Positions 9,260 to 18,150 of a stretch of 40,712 bases of DNA are shown in pieces; position 1 is the stretch's first letter; every line of letters starts with the position of its first letter. The notes under the pieces are model-generated. The model saw only the letters and a program-made list of their open reading frames with translations. It did no database searches and was not told the origin of the DNA. The position numbers were made by a program, and so were the translations under genes. Source of the DNA: Candidatus Omnitrophota bacterium (GTDB lineage Bacteria > Ratteibacteria > UBA8468 > MWAK01); assembly GCA_043797665.1 (NCBI GenBank), contig JAZDPL010000029.1, forward strand, positions 1 to 40,712. The letters run 5' to 3'.

Positions 9260-10342
9260 CTATGCAGTTGTTTCTGTTTCACCCATCTTCAGCCGTTTTT
9301 CCAATTGTTCCATGTCATAGGAACCGTCCAGCGCAGTCTTTTTATCTATTATACCCCGCTGGTAAGCCTCAAGTAAAGACTGGTCCATCGTCTTCATTCC
9401 GTATTTCATGCCGGTCTGAATTTCCGAGACGATCCGGTAGGTTTTCTTTTCCCGAATCAGGTTGGCGATGGCGGATGTAGCGACCATTATTTCGTAGACC
9501 GCTATCCGGCCTTTTTTGTCTATCCGGGGCAGTAACTGCTGGGAGACGACCGCCAGAATGGAAACGGAGAGCATCACCCGTATCTGTTCCTGTTCTTCGA
9601 TGGAGAATGATTCCACGATTCTATCGACGGTACGGGCTGCTCCGGTGGTATGGAGGGTGGCAAAGACTAAGTGTCCGGTTTCTGCTGCCGTAATAGCCGC
9701 CCGGATAGTTTCGGTGTCCCGCATTTCACCCACTAAGAAGACGTCCGGGTCCTGGCGGAGCCCCCGGCGTAATCCTTCGGAAAAGTCCGGCAGGTCCACG
9801 CCTAATTCCCGCTGGGAGACAAGCGATTTTTTGTGCTGGTGGTAATACTCAATCGGGTCCTCAATCGTGATGATGTGCCGGTCCAGGTTTTCATTGATGA
9901 AGTTGAGCATCGTTGCCATGGTGGTTGTTTTACCGCTTCCGGTGGGACCGGTTATCAGGAAAAGTCCTCTCGGACGGTCCAGGAGTTCAATTATTTTTGT
10001 TTCCAGGCCCAACTGTTCGAAGGTTAGAAATTTATAAGGAATGAGTCGCATTGAAATGGCTATTTCACCCCTCTGTCGATAAGCCGCCACCCGGAACCGC
10101 GCTAAATTTTTGAAGGCAAATCCAAAATCAGTGCTGCCGACCTTAGCCAATTCCTCCTGGTGTTCGTGAGAGGTAATCGCCTTCATATAGCCGACCGTAT
10201 CCTCCGAGGTCAGCGGCACCTTATTCATGTCTACCAGGCTTCCGTGCAGGCGCATTACCGGTGGCCGGTTCGTATGGATGTGTAAGTCGGATGCGTCTTC
10301 TTTAACGATTTTTTCTAATAATTCGTCCAGTGGTACCGCCAT
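9260..10342 (-). CDS. pilT: Type IV pilus retraction ATPase PilT
   Basis: GPTGSGKTTT, LRQDPD..LVGEMRD, AAETGHLVFATLHT, AIANLIRE (AIRNLIRE variant). Confidence 0.95.
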   Translation of the reverse strand: MAVPLDELLEKIVKEDASDLHIHTNRPPVMRLHGSLVDMNKVPLTSEDTVGYMKAITSHEHQEELAKVGSTDFGFAFKNLARFRVAAYRQRGEIAISMRLIPYKFLTFEQLGLETKIIELLDRPRGLFLITGPTGSGKTTTMATMLNFINENLDRHIITIEDPIEYYHQHKKSLVSQRELGVDLPDFSEGLRRGLRQDPDVFLVGEMRDTETIRAAITAAETGHLVFATLHTTGAARTVDRIVESFSIEEQEQIRVMLSVSILAVVSQQLLPRIDKKGRIAVYEIMVATSAIANLIREKKTYRIVSEIQTGMKYGMKTMDQSLLEAYQRGIIDKKTALDGSYDMEQLEKRLKMGETETTA

Positions 10343-10353
10343 ACTTCCTCCCT

Positions 10354-12057
10354 TTATTCTAATGTAGTTGAGGAGATTACTTCGTCATAAGTCGTAAGGC
10401 CCATTTTTACCTTACGTAGCCCGTCCTCACCCATGGTCCGCATTCCGTGTGTTCTGGCGACGGTCCGAATCTTACTGGATGATTGTTTATGGAGAATTAA
10501 CTGGCGTAATTCATCGTCCATGATGAAGATTTCAAAGATACCTTTCCGACCGCGGAATCCGGAGTTATTACATTCCGAGCAGCCGGCCGGCCGGCAGAGC
10601 TTGACCTCTTCCCCGGTTTGAATCCTCAACAATTCTTTTTCGTTTGGGTTTGGTTCGTCTTCAACCTTGCAGGCAGGGCAGAGCATACGGACCAGACGCT
10701 GGGCCATCGCCCCCTGAAGGGAAGAGGAGACCAGAAAAGGTTCTACGCCTAAATCTATCAGACGCGTCGGTGCACTGGTCGCGTCGTTGGTGTGAAGGGT
10801 GGAGAAGACCAGATGACCGGTCAGAGCCGCCCGGAGAGCAACGTCTGCGGTCTCAAAGTCGCGAATCTCTCCGACCAGAATTACGTCGGGTGCCTGACGC
10901 AGGAAACTGCGCAGGACACTGGAAAACGTCAATTTAATGTCCGGTCTGACGTGGGTTTGATTGATTCCTTCAATCTGATATTCCACCGGTTCTTCCGCGG
11001 TCATAATCTTGCGGTCCGTAGTGTTGAGAGCCGAAAGGGAGGTATAGAGGGTCGTGGTTTTTCCGCTGCCGGTGGGTCCGGTCACCAGAACGATTCCTCC
11101 GGAATACCGGAGCAGTTCCTCCCACTTTTTCTGGTCGTCCTGGAGAAATCCCAATTGGTTCATGCTGAGCAGCATGGTGGTTTTATCCAGGATTCTCATT
11201 ACCAGGCTCTCTCCGTAAATCCCGGGCAGGGTACTGACCCGGAGGTCTATCGGCCGGCCGGCCACGTTGAGCATAATCCGGCCGTCCTGAGGAAGGCGTT
11301 TTTCCGCCAGGTCCATACCCGCCATCAATTTAAGTCGGGCAATCAGAGGTCCCTGAAGGGTTTTCGGAGGATTAACCGCTTCGTGGAGGACGCCGTCAAC
11401 CCGGTACCGGACCCGAAGTTTCTCTTCCAGAGGTTCCACATGTATGTCGCTGCATCTTTTCCGGGCGGCATCGGCGATAATGGCACTGGCTAATTTGGCA
11501 ACCGGTGCCAGAAGCGCTTCCTCCCCTTCTCCTATCAGGGAGAGGATTTCGGTCGTTTCTTCGCCCAGCTCACCGGTGTAGCCTTTATCCAATTTTGAGA
11601 GCAGAGGGGTAAGGTCTTCCTTTTCTATGCTGTAAACTGTCTTCAAATAGTTTTCCAGACTCTCGGTGGTGGTGATTTCTAATCTTATTTCCTTCAGCCC
11701 CAGAAGGGTTTGAAGATTGTTGACGACCAGAAAATTTAAAGGTTCGTCCGTGGCAATGGTAACGATATCGTTCTCTAATTTGATGGGCGCGACCCGATGC
11801 TCCCGGGCAAAGTTGGCTGGTATCTTTTCCGTCAGATTAATCGGGGGATTGGAAACAGAAAGGGGCGCAGGGAGAATGCCTAACTGGGGGAGCAGGGAAG
11901 AGAGGAATTCGTCACCCGAGATAAACCCCAATTCCTGGAAAATTCGTTTGATGGAACGGGGTTTAATCAGCTGTTCGTTGACCGCCTGGTCTATCTGGGC
12001 TTTACTCAAAAAACCGATGTCTACTACCGTTTGAATGATTTTCTTAGGGGTAACCAT
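10354..12057 (-). CDS. PilB/GspE-family assembly ATPase (copy 1)
   Basis: SDIHVEP, RLPQDG, GPTGSGKTTTLY, LRQAPD..LVGEIRD, CPAC/CSEC. Confidence 0.95.
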   Translation of the reverse strand: MVTPKKIIQTVVDIGFLSKAQIDQAVNEQLIKPRSIKRIFQELGFISGDEFLSSLLPQLGILPAPLSVSNPPINLTEKIPANFAREHRVAPIKLENDIVTIATDEPLNFLVVNNLQTLLGLKEIRLEITTTESLENYLKTVYSIEKEDLTPLLSKLDKGYTGELGEETTEILSLIGEGEEALLAPVAKLASAIIADAARKRCSDIHVEPLEEKLRVRYRVDGVLHEAVNPPKTLQGPLIARLKLMAGMDLAEKRLPQDGRIMLNVAGRPIDLRVSTLPGIYGESLVMRILDKTTMLLSMNQLGFLQDDQKKWEELLRYSGGIVLVTGPTGSGKTTTLYTSLSALNTTDRKIMTAEEPVEYQIEGINQTHVRPDIKLTFSSVLRSFLRQAPDVILVGEIRDFETADVALRAALTGHLVFSTLHTNDATSAPTRLIDLGVEPFLVSSSLQGAMAQRLVRMLCPACKVEDEPNPNEKELLRIQTGEEVKLCRPAGCSECNNSGFRGRKGIFEIFIMDDELRQLILHKQSSSKIRTVARTHGMRTMGEDGLRKVKMGLTTYDEVISSTTLE

Positions 12058-12097
12058 AAGAATCTAAGCCCTTCCAAATTCAATTGGAAGGGAACCC

Positions 12098-12150
12098 GTA
12101 TTCCTGCATGTTTCCCTTCTGTCATTCCCGCATGCTTTAAGCGGGAATCT
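12098..12150. repeat. TGTCATTCCCGCATGCTTTAAGCGGGAATC-type palindromic repeat with a degenerate upstream half copy
   Basis: Near-identical to the copies at 19533-19612 and 24556-24587. Confidence 0.85.
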
Positions 12151-12219
12151 ATACCTATTTAATGGCAAATCCTGATTTTTGTCAAGGTTTAGAGTTGCCT
12201 CACGAATTGTTCTTTGAAT

Positions 12220-12792
12220 TCACTCAGAAGGTTGTAATTTCTCCGCATTTTTCAAAAGATCCTCAAGAATATCTTCCACTTTCAACTCTCGTGCCCATTT
12301 ACGTAAATACTCTTTGTCAAGGGTCTTCCATTGAACCGCCGCAACTCCCAGCGCATCACGAAACTGACGTTCTGACTCACTATTTTTTGACCACTCTAAC
12401 TTACTTAAGATAATATCCTCTGGAGAAACGACGAAAACCTGGATTCCTGCTATAGTTCCTGGCATCCGTCTCTTAAATTCTTCAAGGCTGAAAGGGAATT
12501 CCTTGCGAATAATGAAGTCTGCTTTCCAACCTGTTTGATGGTCAATCACATTAAACATAGACCGATTCTGAAGTGCTTCCCGGGCAGAATCCGAACTGAC
12601 ATAATAGCCTTCGCTTAATGATTGGAGAAAGACATTCAATTGTTCCGAAGTAGGAGCGATTACTAAGTCAATGTCATTAGTTGCCCGTGGTTCTCCATGC
12701 AGACTACTTCCCAGTGACCCTGAAATCATATGGGGAATTCCCGCATCTTCTAATTTCATTACCAGCCGCGCCAAAAAATCCCCTTGGCTCAT
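12220..12792 (-). CDS. Pol-beta-superfamily nucleotidyltransferase (AbiEii/DUF6036-like), putative TA component
   Basis: GS.....GEPRATNDIDLV motif, SPEDIILSKL, RQFRD, LDKEYLRKWA. Confidence 0.75.
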   Translation of the reverse strand: MSQGDFLARLVMKLEDAGIPHMISGSLGSSLHGEPRATNDIDLVIAPTSEQLNVFLQSLSEGYYVSSDSAREALQNRSMFNVIDHQTGWKADFIIRKEFPFSLEEFKRRMPGTIAGIQVFVVSPEDIILSKLEWSKNSESERQFRDALGVAAVQWKTLDKEYLRKWARELKVEDILEDLLKNAEKLQPSE

Positions 12793-12794
12793 CG

Positions 12795-13055
12795 TCAGAC
12801 CTTTATTTTAATGTCAGGATAAAACTTGCGGAACAATTCTTTTCCGACTGCCAGACGGAGAGCAGCTAATCGTACCATATGTTCATTGTACTCCGGGTGT
12901 CGCTGGCGGACCCCAGATTCAACGGTCGCCCTAAGGCCATCACTTAATTCGATAGCCATATTGGCGCGGCCAGCCATGCCTATCTTCCGCAGAATTGAAA
13001 AATGGACGCGGGCAGATTGTAGTGTGGTATCTTGAGGAAGTATCTTAAAATCTAT
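12795..13055 (-). CDS. Small partner of the nucleotidyltransferase (putative antitoxin/toxin); start uncertain
   Basis: PQDT...GVRQRHPE small helical protein ending 2 bp before the NTase start. An AGGAGG RBS precedes ATA at 13055; an alternative ATG is at 13103. The ORF-track extension to 13223 overlaps argS. Confidence 0.6.
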   Translation of the reverse strand: MDFKILPQDTTLQSARVHFSILRKIGMAGRANMAIELSDGLRATVESGVRQRHPEYNEHMVRLAALRLAVGKELFRKFYPDIKIKV

Positions 13056-13153
13056 GGGCCCCCTCCTTGTTACGACGGATTTTACCCCTAACAATTGTAG
13101 CATAATCTCTTGATAGTAGCCAATTCCTGAGAAGTTTCTGAAATTCCGAAGAG

Positions 13154-14845
13154 TTACATCCGTTCCGGACTGTTTACGTTGAGAAGTAAGAGACCTCTTC
13201 TTAATATCTTTTCCAGTCCGCATACCAGAACCAGCCGGGCCTGGGTTAAATCCGGGTCAGGGTTGATGATTCGGCAGCGCTGGTAATAGTGATGGAATTT
13301 CTGAACCAGAGACAGAAGGTAGGCAAGGAGGATTTGGGGTTCCATGGTTTCTGCCGCAGCCAGGACCGCGGGACCGAACTGGGTTAGGGACAACAGCATC
13401 TCCGTTTCTTCCGGTTCCTTGAGCAGGTTTAGCTTAGCTTTATCCGGTTCTAAAGAGATATCGGAAGCATGTTCGTTCTGGTACCGGAACAGGCTCGCGA
13501 TGCGGGCCGCCGCATACTGAAGATAGAAGACGGGATTTTCCGCGGTTTCCTTTTTGGCTAATTGCAGGTCAAAGTCAAGATGGCTGTTGGCTTTTCTAGA
13601 TAGGAAAAAGAATCTGACAACGTCCGGTGAAATCTCTTCCAGGACCAGAGACAGCGGAAGAAACTCTCCGTACCGGGTTGACATGCGTACCTTTTCTTTT
13701 CCGCGGTAAAGGGTGGTTAACTGTACGATGATTATCCGGACCTTTTCTTCTGCTAAGCCCAACGCGGTGATTCCTGCTTTCAGCCGGTTAATATAGCCGT
13801 GGTGGTCCGGTCCCCAGAGGTTTATCAGCAGGTCATAGCCTCTTTGGAATTTGAGCCGGTGATAAGCCAGGTCCGGTGCCAGATAAGTGTAAGAACCGTC
13901 ACTTTTACGCAGGACCCGGTTCTTGTCATCGCCCAGGAGCGAGGTTTTCAAAAATAAGGCGCCTTCGGCCTGGTAGGAAACCCCTTTTTCCGCCAGCAGA
14001 TTTAACGTTTCCGCGATTAGACCTTTTTGAGCCAGTTCCCGCTGGCTCTGGTAAGAGTCAAATTCCACGCCGAAAGACCTTAGGTCTTGTTTGATTCCGC
14101 TTAAAATTTCTTCCGTCGCCACCTTGACGAAAAACCCGTTCTCTTTTTCCTTCAGCCGGCTCCCCATTTCTGATACTAACCTTTGGGCAATCGGGACCAG
14201 ATAATCCCCCTGGTAGCCGTCTTCCGGTATGGGCATATCCTGTCCCAGTATTTGATGACAACGGGCTTGCAGGGATTTGCCCAACAGGTCAATCTGTCTT
14301 CCTTCGTCATTGAGATAATATTCTTTGGTCACCTGATATCCGCATTCCGTAAGGAGCCGGCACAAGGCTTCTCCGAAGGCAGCCTGCCGTCCGTGAGCGA
14401 TGGTCAAAGGCCCGGTCGGGTTGGCACTCACAAACTCCAACAGGACCTTCCGTCCCTTGCCCGTTTTTTCCACCGCAAGGCTTTCACTCTTGAGCAGAGA
14501 CTTCAGGAATTCGTGGAGTACTTCTGGCTGGAGGAAGAAGTTGAGGAAGACGGGTGGGACGGGCTCAATCGTTTTTATGAATGATGAGCAGACCCTATTT
14601 TTTAATACAACCTTCAATGTCTCGGCAAATTCCTCAAATAGACGGTTTAGATGCTCCCGGTCTCTCGGAGAGGTAGAGGGTATTCGACTCAAAATTGGTG
14701 TGCAGAGTTCTCCGTGGTCTTTTTCTCTGGGGATTATAATGTCGTTTTCTGTTACCGTGTAAGATTGGGTAAAAGTTCCCTTCGTACAGAAAATGTCGAT
14801 AGTTTCCTGCAATGCGTCTACCAGTTCTTTGATAATGTCGGTCAT
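13154..14845 (-). CDS. argS: Arginyl-tRNA synthetase
   Basis: EFVSANPTGPL-TIAH-GRQA, GPDHHGY, RMSTR, NPVFYLQYA, PERM C-terminus. Confidence 0.97.
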   Translation of the reverse strand: MTDIIKELVDALQETIDIFCTKGTFTQSYTVTENDIIIPREKDHGELCTPILSRIPSTSPRDREHLNRLFEEFAETLKVVLKNRVCSSFIKTIEPVPPVFLNFFLQPEVLHEFLKSLLKSESLAVEKTGKGRKVLLEFVSANPTGPLTIAHGRQAAFGEALCRLLTECGYQVTKEYYLNDEGRQIDLLGKSLQARCHQILGQDMPIPEDGYQGDYLVPIAQRLVSEMGSRLKEKENGFFVKVATEEILSGIKQDLRSFGVEFDSYQSQRELAQKGLIAETLNLLAEKGVSYQAEGALFLKTSLLGDDKNRVLRKSDGSYTYLAPDLAYHRLKFQRGYDLLINLWGPDHHGYINRLKAGITALGLAEEKVRIIIVQLTTLYRGKEKVRMSTRYGEFLPLSLVLEEISPDVVRFFFLSRKANSHLDFDLQLAKKETAENPVFYLQYAAARIASLFRYQNEHASDISLEPDKAKLNLLKEPEETEMLLSLTQFGPAVLAAAETMEPQILLAYLLSLVQKFHHYYQRCRIINPDPDLTQARLVLVCGLEKILRRGLLLLNVNSPERM

Positions 14846-14853
14846 AGAAAACC

Positions 14854-15252
14854 TTATTGCTCCCCCTTGATGGCGGGGTCCCCAATGTCAGATTGGGGGG
14901 AGGGTCTGGGTGGGGGTGAATTGAGGTCATCAAGGATTTGTTCAATCCGTTCGGCCTGGGCTAATTCTTTGTCCGGGACGAATTCCAGCTCCGGCTGGAA
15001 CCGTATCCGGAGATTTTTGGCTAAGGCTCGTTTAAGAGCCGGTTTGTTTTCCGTCAGAATATTTTCTAATTTTTCCTGTTCGGCTTCCTCTCCGATGAAG
15101 GCGAAGTAAACCTTGGCCATTCGTAAATTCGGTGTGATGAAGACCCTGGTGATGGTTATCTTCCAGGCATCCGGTTCGGTAATTTCTTTCTGGATGGCTT
15201 CGGCGATGATTCGGTGAATGGCGATTCCCACTTTCAGCGGTCGTCGTTTCAT
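14854..15252 (-). CDS. rbfA: Ribosome-binding factor A
   Basis: ITITRV..TPNLRMAKVY, LRIRFQPELEFVPD, AERIEQIL. Confidence 0.93.
   Translation of the reverse strand: MKRRPLKVGIAIHRIIAEAIQKEITEPDAWKITITRVFITPNLRMAKVYFAFIGEEAEQEKLENILTENKPALKRALAKNLRIRFQPELEFVPDKELAQAERIEQILDDLNSPPPRPSPQSDIGDPAIKGEQ
14860..14918. repeat. G/C-run palindromic repeat inside the rbfA 3' end
   Basis: CTCCCCCTTGA...GGGGGAGGGTCTGGGTGGGGGT resembles 4189-4237 and has an inner CCCCAAT/ATTGGGG hairpin. Confidence 0.6.
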
Positions 15253-15308
15253 TTTATTTTAATCCCTAAATTATAGTATAATTATAAAGAGAGTATCAAG
15301 TAAAGAAA

Positions 15309-15330
15309 GTAGCGATGCGATTTATCGCAC
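15309..15330 (+). repeat. GTAG-type REP-like palindrome
   Basis: GTAG followed by TGCGAT-TT-ATCGCA. Confidence 0.5.
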
Positions 15331-15349
15331 GTCTTATAATAAGTATCAA

Positions 15350-17359
15350 GTGGAACAGAAGAGCGGGATGAGAAGAGAGATTGCCGTGGTATTATACGCG
15401 ACCGCCGGAATCTTTTTATTTCTGACCCTCTTGTCTTATTCGCCTTTTGACCCGACCTTTTCCTTCTTTACCAATTACCCGGTTAATGCAACCCCGCAGA
15501 ACGCAGGTGGGTATGTCGGCGCTTTTTTAGCCGGTTTTCTCTTTAACCTTTTCGGCTGGCCCGCCCTTTTGTTTCCGGTGGCGGTTATCTTCTTTGCCCT
15601 GCAGAGTTATCGGGAAGGGGCTCCGACTCCGCTCAGCCAGATTCTCTTCGTGACGCTTACCGCAGTTATCGCTGGCGGAATCCTGAGCCTTTCCCTCTCT
15701 TTTGATAACGGCAGTACTTTTCCCGCCGGCGGAATTTTAGGATACCTGATTTTTCAGTATGGTCAGAAGTTTTTGGGAGCGATTGGGACTTCTCTTATCT
15801 TTACTTCCGCACTGGTCGTCTTTTTTTCCCTCACCTTCAGCCTGTCTCTTCCTAAACGAAAAGAAACACCGAAGCCGGCTTTTATTCCGGCTCCGAAAGT
15901 AGAACCGGAAATTCCCCCGGCAGAAGAACTCGCGAAGAAAGAAGAGGAGAAGCCGGTTCCGGCCGCATCCACGCCGGTGCTGACCTCTTTTGTTCTGCCT
16001 GACCTTGACCTTCTGTCCGCTCCGGTCCCGGAGGAAAAACCGCCGTTTGACCCGGAACGGTACCGGAAGGTAATTGAGGATACCATTGCCGATTTCGGTC
16101 TCCTGGTAAAAGTGGTTGAGTGTACCCAGGGACCAACGGTGACGATGTTTGAACTGGAACTTTCCCCGGGTATTATGCCCCATCGGATAGTCAGTTTGTC
16201 GGATAACCTGGCGATGGCTCTCCGGGCAACCAGTGTTCGGGTTGTGGCACCTTTGCCGGGTAAGTCTACCGTGGGCGTAGAAGTGCCCAACCCCAAGATG
16301 TCGGTGGTTTACCTCTCGGAAATCCTTGCTTCTCCGGAACTTGGCCAGTATCGTTCCAGGCTGATGCTGGCTTTTGGAAAAGATACCTTAGGCAGGCCCG
16401 TGCTGGCGGATTTGCGTAATATGCCCCACCTTCTCGTTGCGGGCGCCACCGGCAGCGGTAAAACCGTATGTCTTAACAGTCTGCTCACGTTCCTTCTTTT
16501 CCGTGACACGCCCGATGAGGTCCAGTTTTTGCTGATCGACCCCAAGATGGTGGAGATGACCACTTACAATGATATTCCCCACCTCCTGCTGCCGGTTGTT
16601 ACGGAGATGAAGAATGCCATCGAATCGTTAAAGTGGTTAGTGGGTGAGATGGAAAGACGCTACCGCCTCTTTTCCCAGAACAACGTCCGGAGCATCGACG
16701 TCTATAACAGCCGGAACGTGGAACGGATTCCTTATATCGTGGTGGTCATTGATGAATTGGCGGATTTAATCACGGTTGCCCGGACCGAAGTGGAGGGAAG
16801 CATCATCCGTCTTTCCCAGCTGGCGCGGTCGGCGGGGATTCATTTAATCATCGCCACCCAGCGGCCCTCGGTAAACGTCATTACCGGAGTAATCAAGGCG
16901 AATTTTCCGGCCCGGATTGCCTTTCAGGTTGCGTCCAAGGTTGACAGCCGCACCATCCTGGATGCCAACGGCGCGGAGAAGTTATTAGGCCGGGGGGATA
17001 TGCTCTATCTTTCGCCGGCCGCGCTTCATCCGGTTCGGGCTCAGTGCTGCTATCTTTCCGACGCGGAGATTGAAAAAGTCTGTCAGTTCTGGAAGAATCA
17101 GGGAAAAGGACCTACTTACGATCTGGAGTTTATCCGGGAGAGCGCCGCAGAGGAGAGTTCTGCCGGCGGTTCTGCGGATGACCCTCTTTTTGAAGATGCG
17201 GTCAAGTCTGTGTTAAACCACCGGATTGCTTCCATTTCGCTCTTGCAGAGACGGCTTAAAATTGGTTTCAACCGCGCCGCACGTCTGATTGAGGAGATGG
17301 AGGAGCAGGGTATCGTTGGTCCCTACCGGGAAGGCAAGCCGAGAGAAATTCTCCGGTGA
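15350..17359 (+). CDS. ftsK: DNA translocase FtsK/SpoIIIE
   Basis: N-terminal TM domain, MPHLLVAGATGSGKT, IDPKMVE, IDELADL, ATQRPS, gamma domain SISLLQRRLKIGFNRAARL. Confidence 0.97.
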   Translation: MEQKSGMRREIAVVLYATAGIFLFLTLLSYSPFDPTFSFFTNYPVNATPQNAGGYVGAFLAGFLFNLFGWPALLFPVAVIFFALQSYREGAPTPLSQILFVTLTAVIAGGILSLSLSFDNGSTFPAGGILGYLIFQYGQKFLGAIGTSLIFTSALVVFFSLTFSLSLPKRKETPKPAFIPAPKVEPEIPPAEELAKKEEEKPVPAASTPVLTSFVLPDLDLLSAPVPEEKPPFDPERYRKVIEDTIADFGLLVKVVECTQGPTVTMFELELSPGIMPHRIVSLSDNLAMALRATSVRVVAPLPGKSTVGVEVPNPKMSVVYLSEILASPELGQYRSRLMLAFGKDTLGRPVLADLRNMPHLLVAGATGSGKTVCLNSLLTFLLFRDTPDEVQFLLIDPKMVEMTTYNDIPHLLLPVVTEMKNAIESLKWLVGEMERRYRLFSQNNVRSIDVYNSRNVERIPYIVVVIDELADLITVARTEVEGSIIRLSQLARSAGIHLIIATQRPSVNVITGVIKANFPARIAFQVASKVDSRTILDANGAEKLLGRGDMLYLSPAALHPVRAQCCYLSDAEIEKVCQFWKNQGKGPTYDLEFIRESAAEESSAGGSADDPLFEDAVKSVLNHRIASISLLQRRLKIGFNRAARLIEEMEEQGIVGPYREGKPREILR

Positions 17360-17364
17360 GGGGG

Positions 17365-17527
17365 ATGTCGTAAAGTTTTTTCCCGCTTAGACATGAGCTT
17401 CGGCGGAAACAGTTGTAGAGGTTTGCTCAACAGGGTCCCTCCGAACGAGTTCAGATACCCTATTTCGCAAACCTAACAACTGTCTTTCCACCTCTCGCTA
17501 ACTCGCGGAGAAAAAACTTTACGACAT
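17365..17527. repeat. 163-bp long palindromic (MITE-like) element between convergent genes
   Basis: 18-bp perfect terminal IR ATGTCGTAAAGTTTTTTC plus nested arms ACAGTTGT..AGGTTTGC/GCAAACCT.ACAACTGT. Confidence 0.75.
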
Positions 17528-17532
17528 TTATA

Positions 17533-18150
17533 TTAGGGCATGTCAGTAAGATTGAAAGTAAATTCGATGGACTCTTTTTGAGGGCGTAATATCCGCAGGG
17601 TTATCTTTCCTTTCCCTTTTAGAATTTCCGGCGTAAAATAGTAGTCCCGGCGGCCGGCAATAGTGTATTCGCGCGCCTGGTCGTATCCCCGGCTTACGGT
17701 CTTGAGGCTGGCAAACTGTTGTTCTCCCTTAACGACCACGCCGGTATAATTCCGGTCAAATCCGAGTTCATTTCCGTAAAGGGTAACTTCAAATCGCAGC
17801 AGGCAAACTTCTTTTGCGGTTAATTTGCGTAAGGTCTCCGTATCCACTCCCAGGATTTCTGAGCCGGCGTTCCTGGTAATCAAAGCAAGGCAGTGGAAGG
17901 GCGGGTAGATGATTGCCCGGCCTCCGTTTTCACTGTAACCGCGAACGACCGCCCAGGGTTTCTGAAAATCAACCAGAAGGCTCTTCTGATATTCTCTTCC
18001 GTACCGGATGGATGCACTGAGTTCTGAGTCCGAAAGGCAGACTTCACTTTCGGGGGGAATTCCCTTCTTTGTCTGATAACAACAGAGAATTATAATCGCG
18101 GATATAACCAGCAGTCCTAAAAATACCCCCGGTATTATTTTTTTCTTCAT
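17533..18150 (-). CDS. Hypothetical exported or membrane-anchored protein
   Basis: Basic then hydrophobic N-terminus; ATGA overlap with the upstream gene. Confidence 0.75.
   Translation of the reverse strand: MKKKIIPGVFLGLLVISAIIILCCYQTKKGIPPESEVCLSDSELSASIRYGREYQKSLLVDFQKPWAVVRGYSENGGRAIIYPPFHCLALITRNAGSEILGVDTETLRKLTAKEVCLLRFEVTLYGNELGFDRNYTGVVVKGEQQFASLKTVSRGYDQAREYTIAGRRDYYFTPEILKGKGKITLRILRPQKESIEFTFNLTDMP

Noticed and set aside
10792..11493. 233-aa plus-strand ORF and many similar antisense ORFs
   Set aside because: Shadow frames of well-supported genes, with no motifs of their own.
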